A stretch of DNA of 64,000 bases from an uncultured Candidatus Rokubacteria bacterium (GCA_963805625.1 CAWDVE010000010.1:1504001-1568000); one strand, 5' to 3'. Counted from the stretch's first letter, positions 1 to 10,348 are shown. The notes: a model not told the origin generated them from the sequence alone. Translations and numbers: made by a program.

Positions 1-75
1 CTCGTGTCGCTCGTGCCCCGCTGGCTCACGCAGAAGAGCCCCGCGGCCAGGGAGCTCCTTGCTCCGGACCGCTGA
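1..75 (+). CDS. 3' end of an upstream gene entering the window (possibly a membrane protein)
   Basis: Frame 1 reads LVSLVPRWLTQKSPAARELLAPDR* and stops 12 nt before the next GTG start; too short to identify. Confidence 0.3.
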   Translation, partial: LVSLVPRWLTQKSPAARELLAPDR

Positions 76-87
76 GGCGTCCGCGCC

Positions 88-1086
88 GTGAAACTCTCGA
101 TCGTCGTCCCCGTTCTCGACGAGGCCGACCGACTCGAGGCCCTGCTGGCGGAACTCGCCCGAGACTGCCCCGGTGTCGAGGTGGTCGTCGCGGACGGCGG
201 AAGCCGGGACGGAAGCCTGGAGATCGCCGCGCGGACCGCGGGCGTCGGTCTCGTGTCCAGCAACCGCAGCCGCGCGCGCCAGATGAACGCGGGCGCCCTC
301 CGGGCGCTCGGTGAGATTCTCCTCTTCCTCCACGCCGACACACGCCTGCCGTCCGGAGCGGCCGAGGCCGTCCACCGCGCCCTCGCCGACCCCTCGGTCG
401 TCTATGGCCGCTTCGACGTTCGCTTCGACAGCCCCGGGGCGGCGTTCCGGCTGATCGCCCGGCTCATGAATGTCCGCTCACGCCTGACGGGTATCTGCAC
501 GGGAGACCAGGCGATCTTCGTCCGCCGCGCAGCGTTCGAGCGCCTCGGCGGTTACCCCGACATCGCCCTCATGGAGGACATCGAGCTCACGCGCCGGCTG
601 AAGCGCATCGGCCGCTTTGCTCCGTTGGGGCTCCGGGTCACGACCTCCGCCCGGCGATGGGAGCAGAACGGAGTGGCGCGGACGATCGCTCTCATGTGGA
701 CGCTGCGCTTCCTCTACCTCTGTGGGGTTAGGCCGGACCGCCTCCACCGCTGGTACTACGGAGCGCCGGCAAGCGGCGCGTCGAGCGGGAGAGGCGGGTC
801 AGGTCCGGTGGTGCTTTACAGCGCGTCGGCGCGCCTCACGCCACCGGCGCCATCGGCTGGTCCCTTCCACGCGGCTCCCCAGGAGCACGGCCGGCACCGA
901 GAGCAGGAGCACGACGATGAGCGCCACGCCGAGCCAGCGATTGGCGTCGGCGCCGAACCAGCGGACCGCGCTCTGCTGAACGATGAGCCCCACCAGCACG
1001 GCGCCGGACCAGAACAGCGCTCGACGTCCCACGGCTCGCCGTCCTCCACCCGTCAGGGGCGCTCGGAAGCTAGGCGTCCACCCTAG
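88..1086 (+). CDS. GT2 glycosyltransferase, TIGR04283-like (rSAM/selenodomain- or arsenosugar-associated); last ~105 aa look like a non-conserved extension
   Basis: Motifs LSIVVPVLDEA, DGGSRDG, RARQMNAGA, LLFLHADT, GDQAIFV, LMEDIEL, TSARRW; family homology appears to end near RWYY (~nt 760). Confidence 0.85.
   Translation: MKLSIVVPVLDEADRLEALLAELARDCPGVEVVVADGGSRDGSLEIAARTAGVGLVSSNRSRARQMNAGALRALGEILLFLHADTRLPSGAAEAVHRALADPSVVYGRFDVRFDSPGAAFRLIARLMNVRSRLTGICTGDQAIFVRRAAFERLGGYPDIALMEDIELTRRLKRIGRFAPLGLRVTTSARRWEQNGVARTIALMWTLRFLYLCGVRPDRLHRWYYGAPASGASSGRGGSGPVVLYSASARLTPPAPSAGPFHAAPQEHGRHREQEHDDERHAEPAIGVGAEPADRALLNDEPHQHGAGPEQRSTSHGSPSSTRQGRSEARRPP
799..1032 (-). CDS. small 2-TM membrane protein (77 aa)
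   Basis: Two hydrophobic segments, basic C-terminal tail, GGAGG ~10 nt upstream of the GTG; lies antisense to the GT2 extension. Confidence 0.5.
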   Translation of the reverse strand: MGRRALFWSGAVLVGLIVQQSAVRWFGADANRWLGVALIVVLLLSVPAVLLGSRVEGTSRWRRWREARRRAVKHHRT

Positions 1087-1130
1087 GACGCGCTCCCCGG
1101 TCGCGGAAGAGGGGACTCACGCAGAGGGGA

Positions 1131-2249
1131 TCACGCGGGCGCGCGGTAGCGGCGGACGAACCGGCGGTCGATGCGGTCCTTCAGCCACCAGGCGAAGCGC
1201 GAGTGGCTGACGATCCCGTGCCAGCGGAGGAGAGCCTTGCCGTCGGCGGTGTTGAGGAGCGACAGGAAGGTCCTCTGCGGGACGTACGTCGCAGGTCTCC
1301 CCTCGCCCAGCGCCGCGCGCAGGTTCCGCGCCAGCACCGGTCCCTGGCGAACCGCGTACACCCCCGCCTTCGGCGTGTTCGGGTAGTCGACGAGCGTCGC
1401 GCAATCGCCCGCGCCCCAGACGGGCGCGCCGTTGGCGCCCCGAAGCGTGGCATCGACGAGCAAGAAGCCTCGGGGATCGAGCGGGAGCCCGGCGTCCGCG
1501 AGCAGGGCGGGACCCGCGGCGCCGGCGAGCCAGACGACCAGGTCCGCGGCCGCGCGCGTCCCGTTCATGAGCTCGATGGCGTTCCCGTCCACCCGGCTCA
1601 CCGCGCTCCCCAGGGTGACGGCAACGCCGCGGCGAGCGAGGATGTCCGCCGCACGCCGCCGCACCGGTGCCTCGTAGTCCGGCAGGACGTCTGACGCCGC
1701 TTCGACGAGGGCGACCTCTGGCCGCGCGCCGGCTTCCCGGATGCGCCGGTGGACGGCCAGCGCCACCTCGACGCCACCGGCACCGGCCCCCACGATGGTC
1801 ACGCGCACGGGGCCGCGTCGGGCCGGCGCTGCCAGCGCATCGATCCGCGTCCGGAGCGCGACCGCCTGTCGCATGGGCCGGACGGTCACCGCGTGCTCCC
1901 GCACGCCCGGAACGTCGAGGCCGGCCGGGGTCCCGCCCACGTCGAGCGACAGGATATCGAAGGGAAGCCTCGCCCCGCCCAGGTCCACGGTGCGCCCGCC
2001 GACGTCGACCCGCTCGGCCATGGCCTCGAGGAGCCGTACCCCGGCGCGGGCGGCGAGCGAGGCGAGATCGATCGTCAGGTCCGCCTCCGCGTACCTGCCC
2101 TGGAGGAAGCCCGGCACCATGCCGGAGTAGTGGTGCCAGGCCGACGGCGACACGAGCGTGACCTCGGCGCCGGGAAGCGGTCGGGCGGCGAGATCGGCCA
2201 GGACGTGGAGGTGGGCGTGCCCGCCGCCCACCAAGACGAGCCGCCTCAC
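1131..2249 (-). CDS. FAD-dependent pyridine nucleotide-disulfide oxidoreductase, stand-alone homolog of the domain found N-terminal to SelD
   Basis: RRLVLVGGGHAH, YSGMVPG, GAGAGGVEV, GDCA, PKAGVYAVRQGP, WLKDRIDRRF; start placed at GTG 2249. Confidence 0.85.
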   Translation of the reverse strand: MRRLVLVGGGHAHLHVLADLAARPLPGAEVTLVSPSAWHHYSGMVPGFLQGRYAEADLTIDLASLAARAGVRLLEAMAERVDVGGRTVDLGGARLPFDILSLDVGGTPAGLDVPGVREHAVTVRPMRQAVALRTRIDALAAPARRGPVRVTIVGAGAGGVEVALAVHRRIREAGARPEVALVEAASDVLPDYEAPVRRRAADILARRGVAVTLGSAVSRVDGNAIELMNGTRAAADLVVWLAGAAGPALLADAGLPLDPRGFLLVDATLRGANGAPVWGAGDCATLVDYPNTPKAGVYAVRQGPVLARNLRAALGEGRPATYVPQRTFLSLLNTADGKALLRWHGIVSHSRFAWWLKDRIDRRFVRRYRAPA

Positions 2250-2295
2250 GGCCGGGTGCGCGCGTCGCGGCCCGGCCTGTCCGGGAGCGCGCCCC

Positions 2296-4281
2296 TCAGG
2301 ACGGCCCCGGCGGCAGGTGCTCTCCGAACCACTCAAGCAGGATCCGGAACCGCGCGAGCCGGTGGCGCGGCCGTCCGGAGCGCGAGAGTTCGTGGTCCTC
2401 GTCCGGGAACCGCACGAAGCGAACCGTCCGCTTGAGCTTCTTGAGCGCCACGTAGAGCTGCTCCGCCTGCTCCATCGGGCACCGGAGATCGCTCTCGGAG
2501 TGCACGATCAGGAGCGGGGTGCGGATGTCACGCGCGTAGGAGAGTGGCGAACGCTCGAGATACCAGCGGAGGTCCTCCCACGGCGGCCGGCCCACCGCGT
2601 GGGCCTCCTGGAACCAGAAGCCGATGTCACTGGTCCCGTACATGCTCCACATGGCGTTGACGGCGCGCTCCGAGCACGCGGCGCGGAAACGGTCGGTGTG
2701 GCCGACGATCCAGCTCGTCATGAAGCCGCCGTAGCTCCCGCCCATCACCCCGAGCCGTCCGGCATCAAGAAAGTCGAAACGGCCGAGCGCCTCGTCGAGC
2801 CCGGCCATCAGGTCGGCGTAGTCGCCGCCGCCCCAGTCCCCCACGACCGCCCGCGCGAACGCCTCGCCGTAGCCCCGGCTGCCTCGAGGGTTCACGTACA
2901 CGACGGCATACCCCGCGCCCGCGTACACCTGGAATTCGTCGAAGAAGCGGTGGCCATACTGGCTCGCGGGCCCGCCGTGAATGTTGAGGAGCACCGGGTA
3001 GCGCCGGCCCGCCTCTCGGCCGAACGGCGGCATCACCCAGCCGTCGACGCTGAAGCCCGCGCGCTCGAACCGGAAGCGCTCCGGGCGCGCCCGCGCAACT
3101 TCCGCCTTCCAGTCCCGGTTCAGATCCGTCAGCTGCCGCTCGCCGGTCCCGTCGGCCTGGCACACGAAGACCTCCGGGGGCGACGTGTCGTCCGTGGCGG
3201 TGAAAGCGATGAGGGCGCCGTCTCCTGCTGCGGAGAAGGCGGTCACCTGGCGGGTCCCGCCGATGAGGCGCCCCGGGGCGGCGCCGCCTGCCGCCGCAAC
3301 CCGGTAGAGGGGCACGTCGCCCTCGTCCTCGACCTGGAACAGGAGCGCATCCGTCTCTCCGAGCCACTGGGGACCCACCGCGCCCATCATCGGCTCGCAG
3401 TTCCGGTCGAGGGTCGCGGTCAGGCATGCCGGCACGCCCCCGTCGGCGGGAACCACGTACAGGCGGTGGTGACGGGAGACCCCGCGGGCATCGGTATGCC
3501 CGACGTAGGCGACCGTCCGGCCGTCCGGCGAGAAAACCGGCCACGACACCGGTCCCTCGGTCCGCGTCAGCTGGCGCGCCTCGCCTCCCCCGACGGCCAC
3601 CGTGAAGACGTCCGCCGCACCGTCCTCGTCGCGGTCCGCGTGACGGGCGGACACGAACGCCACGCGCTGGCCGTCGGGCGCCCACGCGGGATGGTGATTG
3701 TCGAAGGTCCCGACGGTGAGCTGGCGGGCCGCCCCGCCGTCCACCGAGACCACGAAGACCTGCTGCGGCCGGTCGTGGACGAAACCCATGCCGTTCGACT
3801 TGTACTTGAGCACATCGATGATCCGAGGCGGCTTGGAACGCTCGCGCTCCTCCTCGTCCGCCGGCTCCTCCCACCCGCCGACTCGCGAGACAAAAGCGAG
3901 CCACCGACCGTCCGGCGACCAGGCGGGACTCGTCACGCCGGGCCGGAGGTCGGTCAGCCGCATGGCCTCCCCCCCGTCCGCCGGCATCACGTGGAGCTGG
4001 CCCTTGCCCTTCTTCTCTCGCTCGGACACGAAGGCGAGCCATCGGCCGTCGGGGGACCAGCGAGGCGCCGTGTCGCGCCGCGGCCCGCGGGTGAATGGGC
4101 GCGCGTCGCCGCCGTTCACGTCCACCACCCAGATGGTGGAGAGGTACTCGTCCCGCGCCTCGGACAGCATGGTGACGACGAAGGCGACGCGGCCCTCGTC
4201 GGGATGGAGCTGGGGATCGCTGACGAATCGGATCCGGAACAGGTCTTCCGGAACCATGGGGCGGCCAGGCGGCTGGGTCAT
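2296..4281 (-). CDS. S9C family peptidase (acylaminoacyl/dipeptidyl peptidase) with N-terminal beta-propeller
   Basis: WSPDG propeller repeats, IHGGP, nucleophile GGSYGG, D (SDLRCP) and H (EDHEL) of the catalytic triad. Confidence 0.92.
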   Translation of the reverse strand: MTQPPGRPMVPEDLFRIRFVSDPQLHPDEGRVAFVVTMLSEARDEYLSTIWVVDVNGGDARPFTRGPRRDTAPRWSPDGRWLAFVSEREKKGKGQLHVMPADGGEAMRLTDLRPGVTSPAWSPDGRWLAFVSRVGGWEEPADEEERERSKPPRIIDVLKYKSNGMGFVHDRPQQVFVVSVDGGAARQLTVGTFDNHHPAWAPDGQRVAFVSARHADRDEDGAADVFTVAVGGGEARQLTRTEGPVSWPVFSPDGRTVAYVGHTDARGVSRHHRLYVVPADGGVPACLTATLDRNCEPMMGAVGPQWLGETDALLFQVEDEGDVPLYRVAAAGGAAPGRLIGGTRQVTAFSAAGDGALIAFTATDDTSPPEVFVCQADGTGERQLTDLNRDWKAEVARARPERFRFERAGFSVDGWVMPPFGREAGRRYPVLLNIHGGPASQYGHRFFDEFQVYAGAGYAVVYVNPRGSRGYGEAFARAVVGDWGGGDYADLMAGLDEALGRFDFLDAGRLGVMGGSYGGFMTSWIVGHTDRFRAACSERAVNAMWSMYGTSDIGFWFQEAHAVGRPPWEDLRWYLERSPLSYARDIRTPLLIVHSESDLRCPMEQAEQLYVALKKLKRTVRFVRFPDEDHELSRSGRPRHRLARFRILLEWFGEHLPPGPS

Positions 4282-4438
4282 CGGCGCTCCGTCGGGGCCG
4301 CTCGGGCGGATCGCGCGGCGGCCGACGGCAGTCTACCATCGGCACCGCCCGCGGATCCGCCCGGCCCCCGGCGGCGGGTCAGCCACCCTTGAAGCCCGGG
4401 GCAATCGGCCTGGCCAGCGGCTTGAAAGGAAGCCGCGC

Positions 4439-5011
4439 TCAGCGGGACGCGGTCGGCTTGATCCGTCCTCCGCTCGACTCGTAAGCCTCGACGGCCTTCT
4501 TGAGATCCTTGTACTGAGAGCACGGGAAGAAGCAGAGCTTGTCGAGGCGCGCGAGGTGTTCCTTGGCCTTCGGCAGGTTGTCGAGCGTGAGATACGCCTC
4601 GCCGATGTACTCGTGGGCGCCGCGATGCTTGGGATCGATGGCCAGCGCCTTCTGGTAGATGGGGATCGATCCCGCCGGATCACCGTTCCGGCGCACGGCG
4701 TAGCCCAGCCAGTTGTGGGCATCCGCGTTGGTGCCGTCCCGCGCGATGGCCTTCTGCAGCAGGGGGATCGCGGTCGCGTATTGGCCGGCGTCGATCGCCT
4801 TCACGCCGGCGGCGTAGTCGGGATCCACCGGCTTGGCGGGCATCTCCGACGGCCCCGCGCCGCCGCCACCCCCTCCGCCGCCACCGCCCCCACCGCCGCC
4901 GGCACCGTCGGCGTTCACTCCCGAGGGAGAGGCCAGGAGCAAGAGCGCGGCAAACCCCGCGCCGAGGGCCCACGCCGCGAGGGTGACCGAGGTCGACCAT
5001 CGTCCGTTCAT
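4439..5011 (-). CDS. exported TPR protein with poly-Gly linker
   Basis: GGAGG RBS before ATG 5011, signal peptide, 14-Gly run, TPR motifs (NADAHNWLGY, HRGAHEYIGEAYL), C-terminal CFFPC. Confidence 0.85.
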   Translation of the reverse strand: MNGRWSTSVTLAAWALGAGFAALLLLASPSGVNADGAGGGGGGGGGGGGGGAGPSEMPAKPVDPDYAAGVKAIDAGQYATAIPLLQKAIARDGTNADAHNWLGYAVRRNGDPAGSIPIYQKALAIDPKHRGAHEYIGEAYLTLDNLPKAKEHLARLDKLCFFPCSQYKDLKKAVEAYESSGGRIKPTASR

Positions 5012-5167
5012 GTGTGTCCTCCAGCCGGACGGGCGCGCGTCTGGGCGCACCCAGTCCTATTTCCTATTTCTGGAACGCGCCGGCAAGCCGCCGCGTTCCC
5101 GCGGCACCGGGGTGACTCCGGCCGGAGACCGAGGGTCGCGCTGCCCTGATCCCGAAGCGGCGCCGCC

Positions 5168-5197
5168 TTGACCCCCGCGGCCGGCTGGCCCTACAGT
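5168..5197 (+). promoter_or_regulatory. sigma70-like promoter for the acd gene
   Basis: TTGACC (5168-5173), 18 nt, TACAGT (5192-5197) in the divergent intergenic region. Confidence 0.4.
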
Positions 5198-5241
5198 CGC
5201 GCCTGTCAACGGGCGCGCCTGGGGTGCGCGAGGGGGGCGAC

Positions 5242-6396
5242 ATGCGGTTTCCACTGACCGCGGAACAAGAGGGCGTCCGAGCGCGCGCCCGCGCGCTCGC
5301 CGACCAGGAGTTCCGCGAGCGGGCGGCGCGCTGGGACGAGCGCGAGGAGTACCCCTGGGAGAACGTCAAGCAGCTCGTCGAGGCAGGGTTCATGGGCATG
5401 ACCGTTCCCGCCGCATACGGCGGCCAGGGCCGCGCCCTCCTCGACGTGGTCCTCGTGATCGAGCAGGTCGCGCGAGCCTGCGGTGTGACTGGGCGCCTCC
5501 TCGTCGACTCGAACCTGGGGCCGGTCGGCGCGATCGTCCATCACGGCACCGAGGCGCAAAGGCAGAAATTCCTGCCGCGCGTGGTCCGGGGGGACAAGCC
5601 GGCCATTGCCATCACCGAGCCCGGCGCGGGCTCGGCGGCCTCCGAGCTCGAGACGCGCGCCGAGCGGGACGGCGATGCGTGGGTGCTGACCGGGACGAAG
5701 CGCTGGATCACGGGCGCGGGCGTCTCGCGGACCTACGTGGTGCTCTGCCGGTTCGACGGCATCCCCGGATCGGCGGGGATCGGCGCGCTGATCGTCGAGG
5801 CCGACACCCCGGGTCTGGCCGTCACACGGCGCGAGCGGGCGATGGGGATGCGTGGCATTCCCGAGGGCGAGGTCGTCTTCGACCGTTGCCGCGTCCCCAG
5901 CGACAACCTCCTCCTTCCCGCGGGCGGCTTCAAGCGCCTCATGTCGGCCTACAACGGCCAGCGGCTCGGCGCCGCAACGGTCGCGCTCGGCATCGCCCAG
6001 GGAGCGCTCGAGGCCGCCGTCCGGTACGCCGGGGAGCGCCAGCAGTTCGGCCGGCCGATCGGGCACTTCCAAGGGCTCCGCTGGATGGTCGCCGACATGG
6101 GGCTCCAGGTGGAGGCCGCGCGGCAGCTCATCTATCGCGCGGCGGCCAACGCCGGGCACGGCCTGCCCGACATGATCGAGGCCGCCATGGCCAAGACCCT
6201 GGCGAGCGAGACCGCCGTGCGCGTCACGAACGACGCCCTCCAGATCTTCGGGGCGAGCGGCTACTCGCGCGACCTCCCGCTCGAGCGGATGGTGCGCGAC
6301 GCCCGCATGTTCACGATTGGCGGCGGGACGGTCCAAATGATGCGGAACCTGGTCGCCGGCGCCTGGCTCGGCCGTCCGGACGACCCGGGACTCTGA
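5242..6396 (+). CDS. acdA: acyl-CoA dehydrogenase-fold protein, 3-sulfinopropionyl-CoA desulfinase-like
   Basis: YPWENV, GRLLVDSNLG, GDKPAIAITEPGAGSAASE, SAYNGQRLG, RDARMFTIGGGT; the usual catalytic Glu of the IYEGT motif is absent. Confidence 0.75.
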   Translation: MRFPLTAEQEGVRARARALADQEFRERAARWDEREEYPWENVKQLVEAGFMGMTVPAAYGGQGRALLDVVLVIEQVARACGVTGRLLVDSNLGPVGAIVHHGTEAQRQKFLPRVVRGDKPAIAITEPGAGSAASELETRAERDGDAWVLTGTKRWITGAGVSRTYVVLCRFDGIPGSAGIGALIVEADTPGLAVTRRERAMGMRGIPEGEVVFDRCRVPSDNLLLPAGGFKRLMSAYNGQRLGAATVALGIAQGALEAAVRYAGERQQFGRPIGHFQGLRWMVADMGLQVEAARQLIYRAAANAGHGLPDMIEAAMAKTLASETAVRVTNDALQIFGASGYSRDLPLERMVRDARMFTIGGGTVQMMRNLVAGAWLGRPDDPGL

Positions 6397-6442
6397 CGAG
6401 CGGGACCCGGATTCCGGCACGCGCCGTTCCGGCCCTCGACGG

Positions 6443-6886
6443 ATGATGAGCGCCGACGCGTACGGGCTCCCGGCCACCACGGCCACGGCCGCCGCGCTCG
6501 CCCGCTACGACGACGGAGTGCGCGATCTCCTCGGCTGGGGCCGAGGCGCCCTCGATGCCTTCCGCGAGGCGGCAGCGCTCGACCCCGGCTTGGCGCTGGC
6601 TCATGCGGGCGCGGCCGTCTGCCTGTTCCTCGAGGAGCGTTTCGCTCCGGCGCGGGAGGCGGCGGAGAGCGCGCGCCGCAGCGTCTACCCAGACGGCGAG
6701 GGAGCGGAGTCACGTCGAGACCGTCGCCCTTCTGGTCGGGAACCGACCGGCCCTGGCCGAGCGACAGATGACGGAGCATCTCTCCGGGCCGACGACGCGG
6801 GCCGCGCCACTCGCTTGCTGACCGAGCGCGTCGCGCGCCGGCCCGACCACTACTGGCTCCACCACGGCCGCGCGCCGGCGGCCTGA
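6443..6886 (+). pseudogene. TTC38-like TPR gene remnant (frameshift plus large internal deletion)
   Basis: N-terminus (DAYGLP..AALDPGLALAHAG), shifted frame TARERSHVETVALLV..MTEHL, then immediately a C-terminal-type segment RATRLLTERVARRP. Confidence 0.65.
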
Positions 6887-6939
6887 GGTCGATCGCGACC
6901 CTGGCGCCGTAGCCCGACCGCGGGCAAGGCGTAGGTGGG

Positions 6940-7654
<715 letters not shown>

Positions 7655-7662
<8 letters not shown>

Positions 7663-8410
7663 GGCGCCCTCCGCCGAGATAGATCTCCTGCACGCGCCGG
7701 TCGGAGGCGATCTGGGACGGCGTGCCCTCGACGAGGATCTGGCCGCCGACCATCACGATGATGCGGCTCGCGAACTGGAAGACCACGTTCATGTCGTGCT
7801 CGATGAAGAGCACCGTCAGGTCCTGAGACAGACCGGCGACTGCGGCGAACAGTCCGGCGCTCTCGTCCCGAGGGACGCCGGCGGCCGGCTCGTCCAACAG
7901 GAGCACGCGTGGCCGCGTGGCGAGCGCGAGCGCGATCTCGAGAAGCCGCTGTTGCCCGTAGGGCAGCTCGAAGGTCGGCCGATGGCACACGGCGTCGAGC
8001 GCCAGGGAGCAGAGAATGCTGTACGCCTCGTCCATCTCGCCCCGGTAGGTGCCGAGCCCACGCCACCACGTGGTGGCGACCCCGCGCCGCTCGCATACGG
8101 CGAGGGTCGCGGCCTCGAGCGGGCTGAGACGGGGAAACAGGGCGTTTATCTGGAAGGTGCGCGCGAGCCCACGCTTGACGCGCTGGGCTGGTTCGAGCCC
8201 GGACACGTCCTCCTCACCGAGGAGGACGTGTCCGCTGTCGGGCGGAATCATGCCGGTGATCAGGTTGATGAGGGTCGTCTTCCCGGCGCCGTTGGGACCG
8301 ATCAGGGCGTAGCGCGCCCCAGGGGGAAGGGACAGCTCGACGTCCTTGGCCACCACGAGGGATCCGAAGCTCTTGCTGAGCCGTCGCGTCGACAGAGCCG
8401 GGGCGCTCAC
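7655..8410 (-). CDS. livG: Liv-type ABC transporter ATP-binding protein
   Basis: GTG 8410 overlaps the livM stop (GTGA); GPNGAGKTT, LPYGQQRLLEIA, LLLDEPAAG, IEHDM. Confidence 0.9.
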
Positions 8411-9483
8411 GAGGTCCTGTCCCGCCGCGACGGGGCGAGCCGCGCGAGGCATCCCACGATACCGCGGCCCCGCGGCCTCGGTGCGGGCCGCCCACCGGAG
8501 CTCGGCCGGGCTCCCGCCAGCCGGGCGAGCCCTCCAAGCACGCCATTGGGCAGCACCATGACGACCAGGACCAGGAGCGCGCCCACCCAGAAGTACCAGT
8601 ACTGGGGATTGAGACCGGAGAACTGGTCGCGCGCGACCAGGAAAATGACGGCGCCCACCAGGCTCCCGTAGAGGCGGCCGGCGCCGCCGAGGATCAGGAT
8701 CACGAGCACCTCCGCCGAGCGCTGGAAGTCCAGCGTCGCGAGGGACACGGTCTCGGTCGTCTGGGCGAGGAGGGCGCCAGCGAGCCCCGCGAGGACCGCG
8801 GCGATGGCGTATGCCTTCCGGATGTGCGAGCGGCTCGGCGCGCCCAGGGCGGGCATCCGGACCGGATTCTCGCGGATCCCGCGCAGCGAGAGCCCGAACG
8901 GGGAGTGAACCAGCCGCCGCACGACGAGGAAGGCGAGGGCGAGGACGACGAGGGAGTAACCGTAGGCGGTGTAGCCGTAGAGGTCGAACCGGAAGCGGCC
9001 GAGGAGCGGCCACATCCGGACTCCCTGGAGGCCGTCGGCGCCGCCCGTCAGCCAGTGCGCCTTGTTCGCGGCCTCGTGGACCAGGAGGCCGAGGCCGAGC
9101 GTGACCATAATGAGCGCCAGGTGCCGGACGCGGGCGACGATGAAGCTCGCGGCGTAGCCGGCCAGGCCGGCCGCCGCCGCCGCGGCCGCGAGCCCCGACA
9201 GCGGCTCGCCCCAGCCGCCCTTGGCCAGGAGCCCGGCGGCGTAGGCGCCCACACCGAAGAAGGCGGCATGGCCGAGCGAGACGATCCCCGCGTAGCCGAG
9301 GAGGAGATCGAGCGACAGCGCGAAGAGCGCGGTGATGGCGATCTGGCTCGCGAGCTGGAGGTGGGACGGGAAGAGGAGGAAGGGAGACAGCGCGGCGAGC
9401 CAGAAGACCGCCTCCAGGCCCCGCCATCGGGCCTGGCTCGCGAGCTCGTGACGCGGGTCCGCGGCCGCCTCGGAGGCGCTCAC
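8407..9483 (-). CDS. livM: Liv-type ABC transporter permease
   Basis: GYAGIVSLGHAAFFGVGAY, TGGADGL, SPFGLSLRGIREN, LGGAG; multiple TM segments. Confidence 0.92.
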   Translation of the reverse strand: MSASEAAADPRHELASQARWRGLEAVFWLAALSPFLLFPSHLQLASQIAITALFALSLDLLLGYAGIVSLGHAAFFGVGAYAAGLLAKGGWGEPLSGLAAAAAAAGLAGYAASFIVARVRHLALIMVTLGLGLLVHEAANKAHWLTGGADGLQGVRMWPLLGRFRFDLYGYTAYGYSLVVLALAFLVVRRLVHSPFGLSLRGIRENPVRMPALGAPSRSHIRKAYAIAAVLAGLAGALLAQTTETVSLATLDFQRSAEVLVILILGGAGRLYGSLVGAVIFLVARDQFSGLNPQYWYFWVGALLVLVVMVLPNGVLGGLARLAGARPSSGGRPAPRPRGRGIVGCLARLAPSRRDRTS

Positions 9484-9484
9484 C

Positions 9485-10348
9485 CTAGCGCCGGCCGAAC
9501 AGGCCGGCCGGGCGCCACATGAGGAGTCCGACCATCACGAGGTAGATGAGGAAGGCGCCGAGCTCGGGCACGTAGTACTTGCCGGCGACGTCGCTCACGC
9601 CCAGGAGGGTCGCCGCGGCGAACGATCCCCCGATGGAACCGAGCCCTCCCACCGACACCACGATGAGGACGTACACGAGGTAGGTGAAGGCGAAGGCGGG
9701 ATCGAGGCCGACCATCTCGATGGCGAGCGCCCCGCCGAGGCCCGCGAGCCCGCTACCCAGGGCGAAGGTGATCGCGAATCGCCGGTCGACGTCGATGCCG
9801 AGCCCGCGCGCCATGCGCTGGTTGTCGACGGCGGCGCGGACCTGCGCGCCGAAGCGCGTGTACTCGAGGGCGAGGACGAGGACGAGTGTGATCGCGAGCG
9901 CCGTCGCGACCAGGAACAGCCGGTACACGCCGAGCCGGAGGCCCAGCCAGGTGACCGCGCCGCGCAGGTAGGGGGGCGTCTCGATCGGCTGCTGGGTCGT
10001 CCCGTAGACGTAGGCCGCCGCCGCCACCGACATGAACACGATGCCGATCGTCAGGAGGCACTGGTCGAGATCGCTCGCGCGGTACAGCCGGCGGTAGAGC
10101 GCGCGCTCGAGAAGGACGCTCGCCGCCGCGGTGGCAGCGAACGCCGCCGGCAGCGCGCCGAGGAACGGCCATCCGAGCGTCTGCGTCAGCGTGATCATGA
10201 CATAGCCGCCGAGCATGGCGAAGCTGCAGTGCGCCAGGTTGACGAAGTTCATCATGCCCAGCGTCACCGACAGGCCCACCGAGAGGAGGAAGAGCAGCAT
10301 CCCGTAGGCGAATCCGTCGAACAGGACGCCCACCACGGGCACGAGCAC
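9485..10348 (-). CDS. livH: Liv-type ABC transporter permease
   Basis: LSVGLSVTLGMMNFVNLAH, TRFGAQVRAA, VGGLGSIGG, RPAGLFG. Confidence 0.92.
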   Translation of the reverse strand: MLVPVVGVLFDGFAYGMLLFLLSVGLSVTLGMMNFVNLAHCSFAMLGGYVMITLTQTLGWPFLGALPAAFAATAAASVLLERALYRRLYRASDLDQCLLTIGIVFMSVAAAAYVYGTTQQPIETPPYLRGAVTWLGLRLGVYRLFLVATALAITLVLVLALEYTRFGAQVRAAVDNQRMARGLGIDVDRRFAITFALGSGLAGLGGALAIEMVGLDPAFAFTYLVYVLIVVSVGGLGSIGGSFAAATLLGVSDVAGKYYVPELGAFLIYLVMVGLLMWRPAGLFGRR

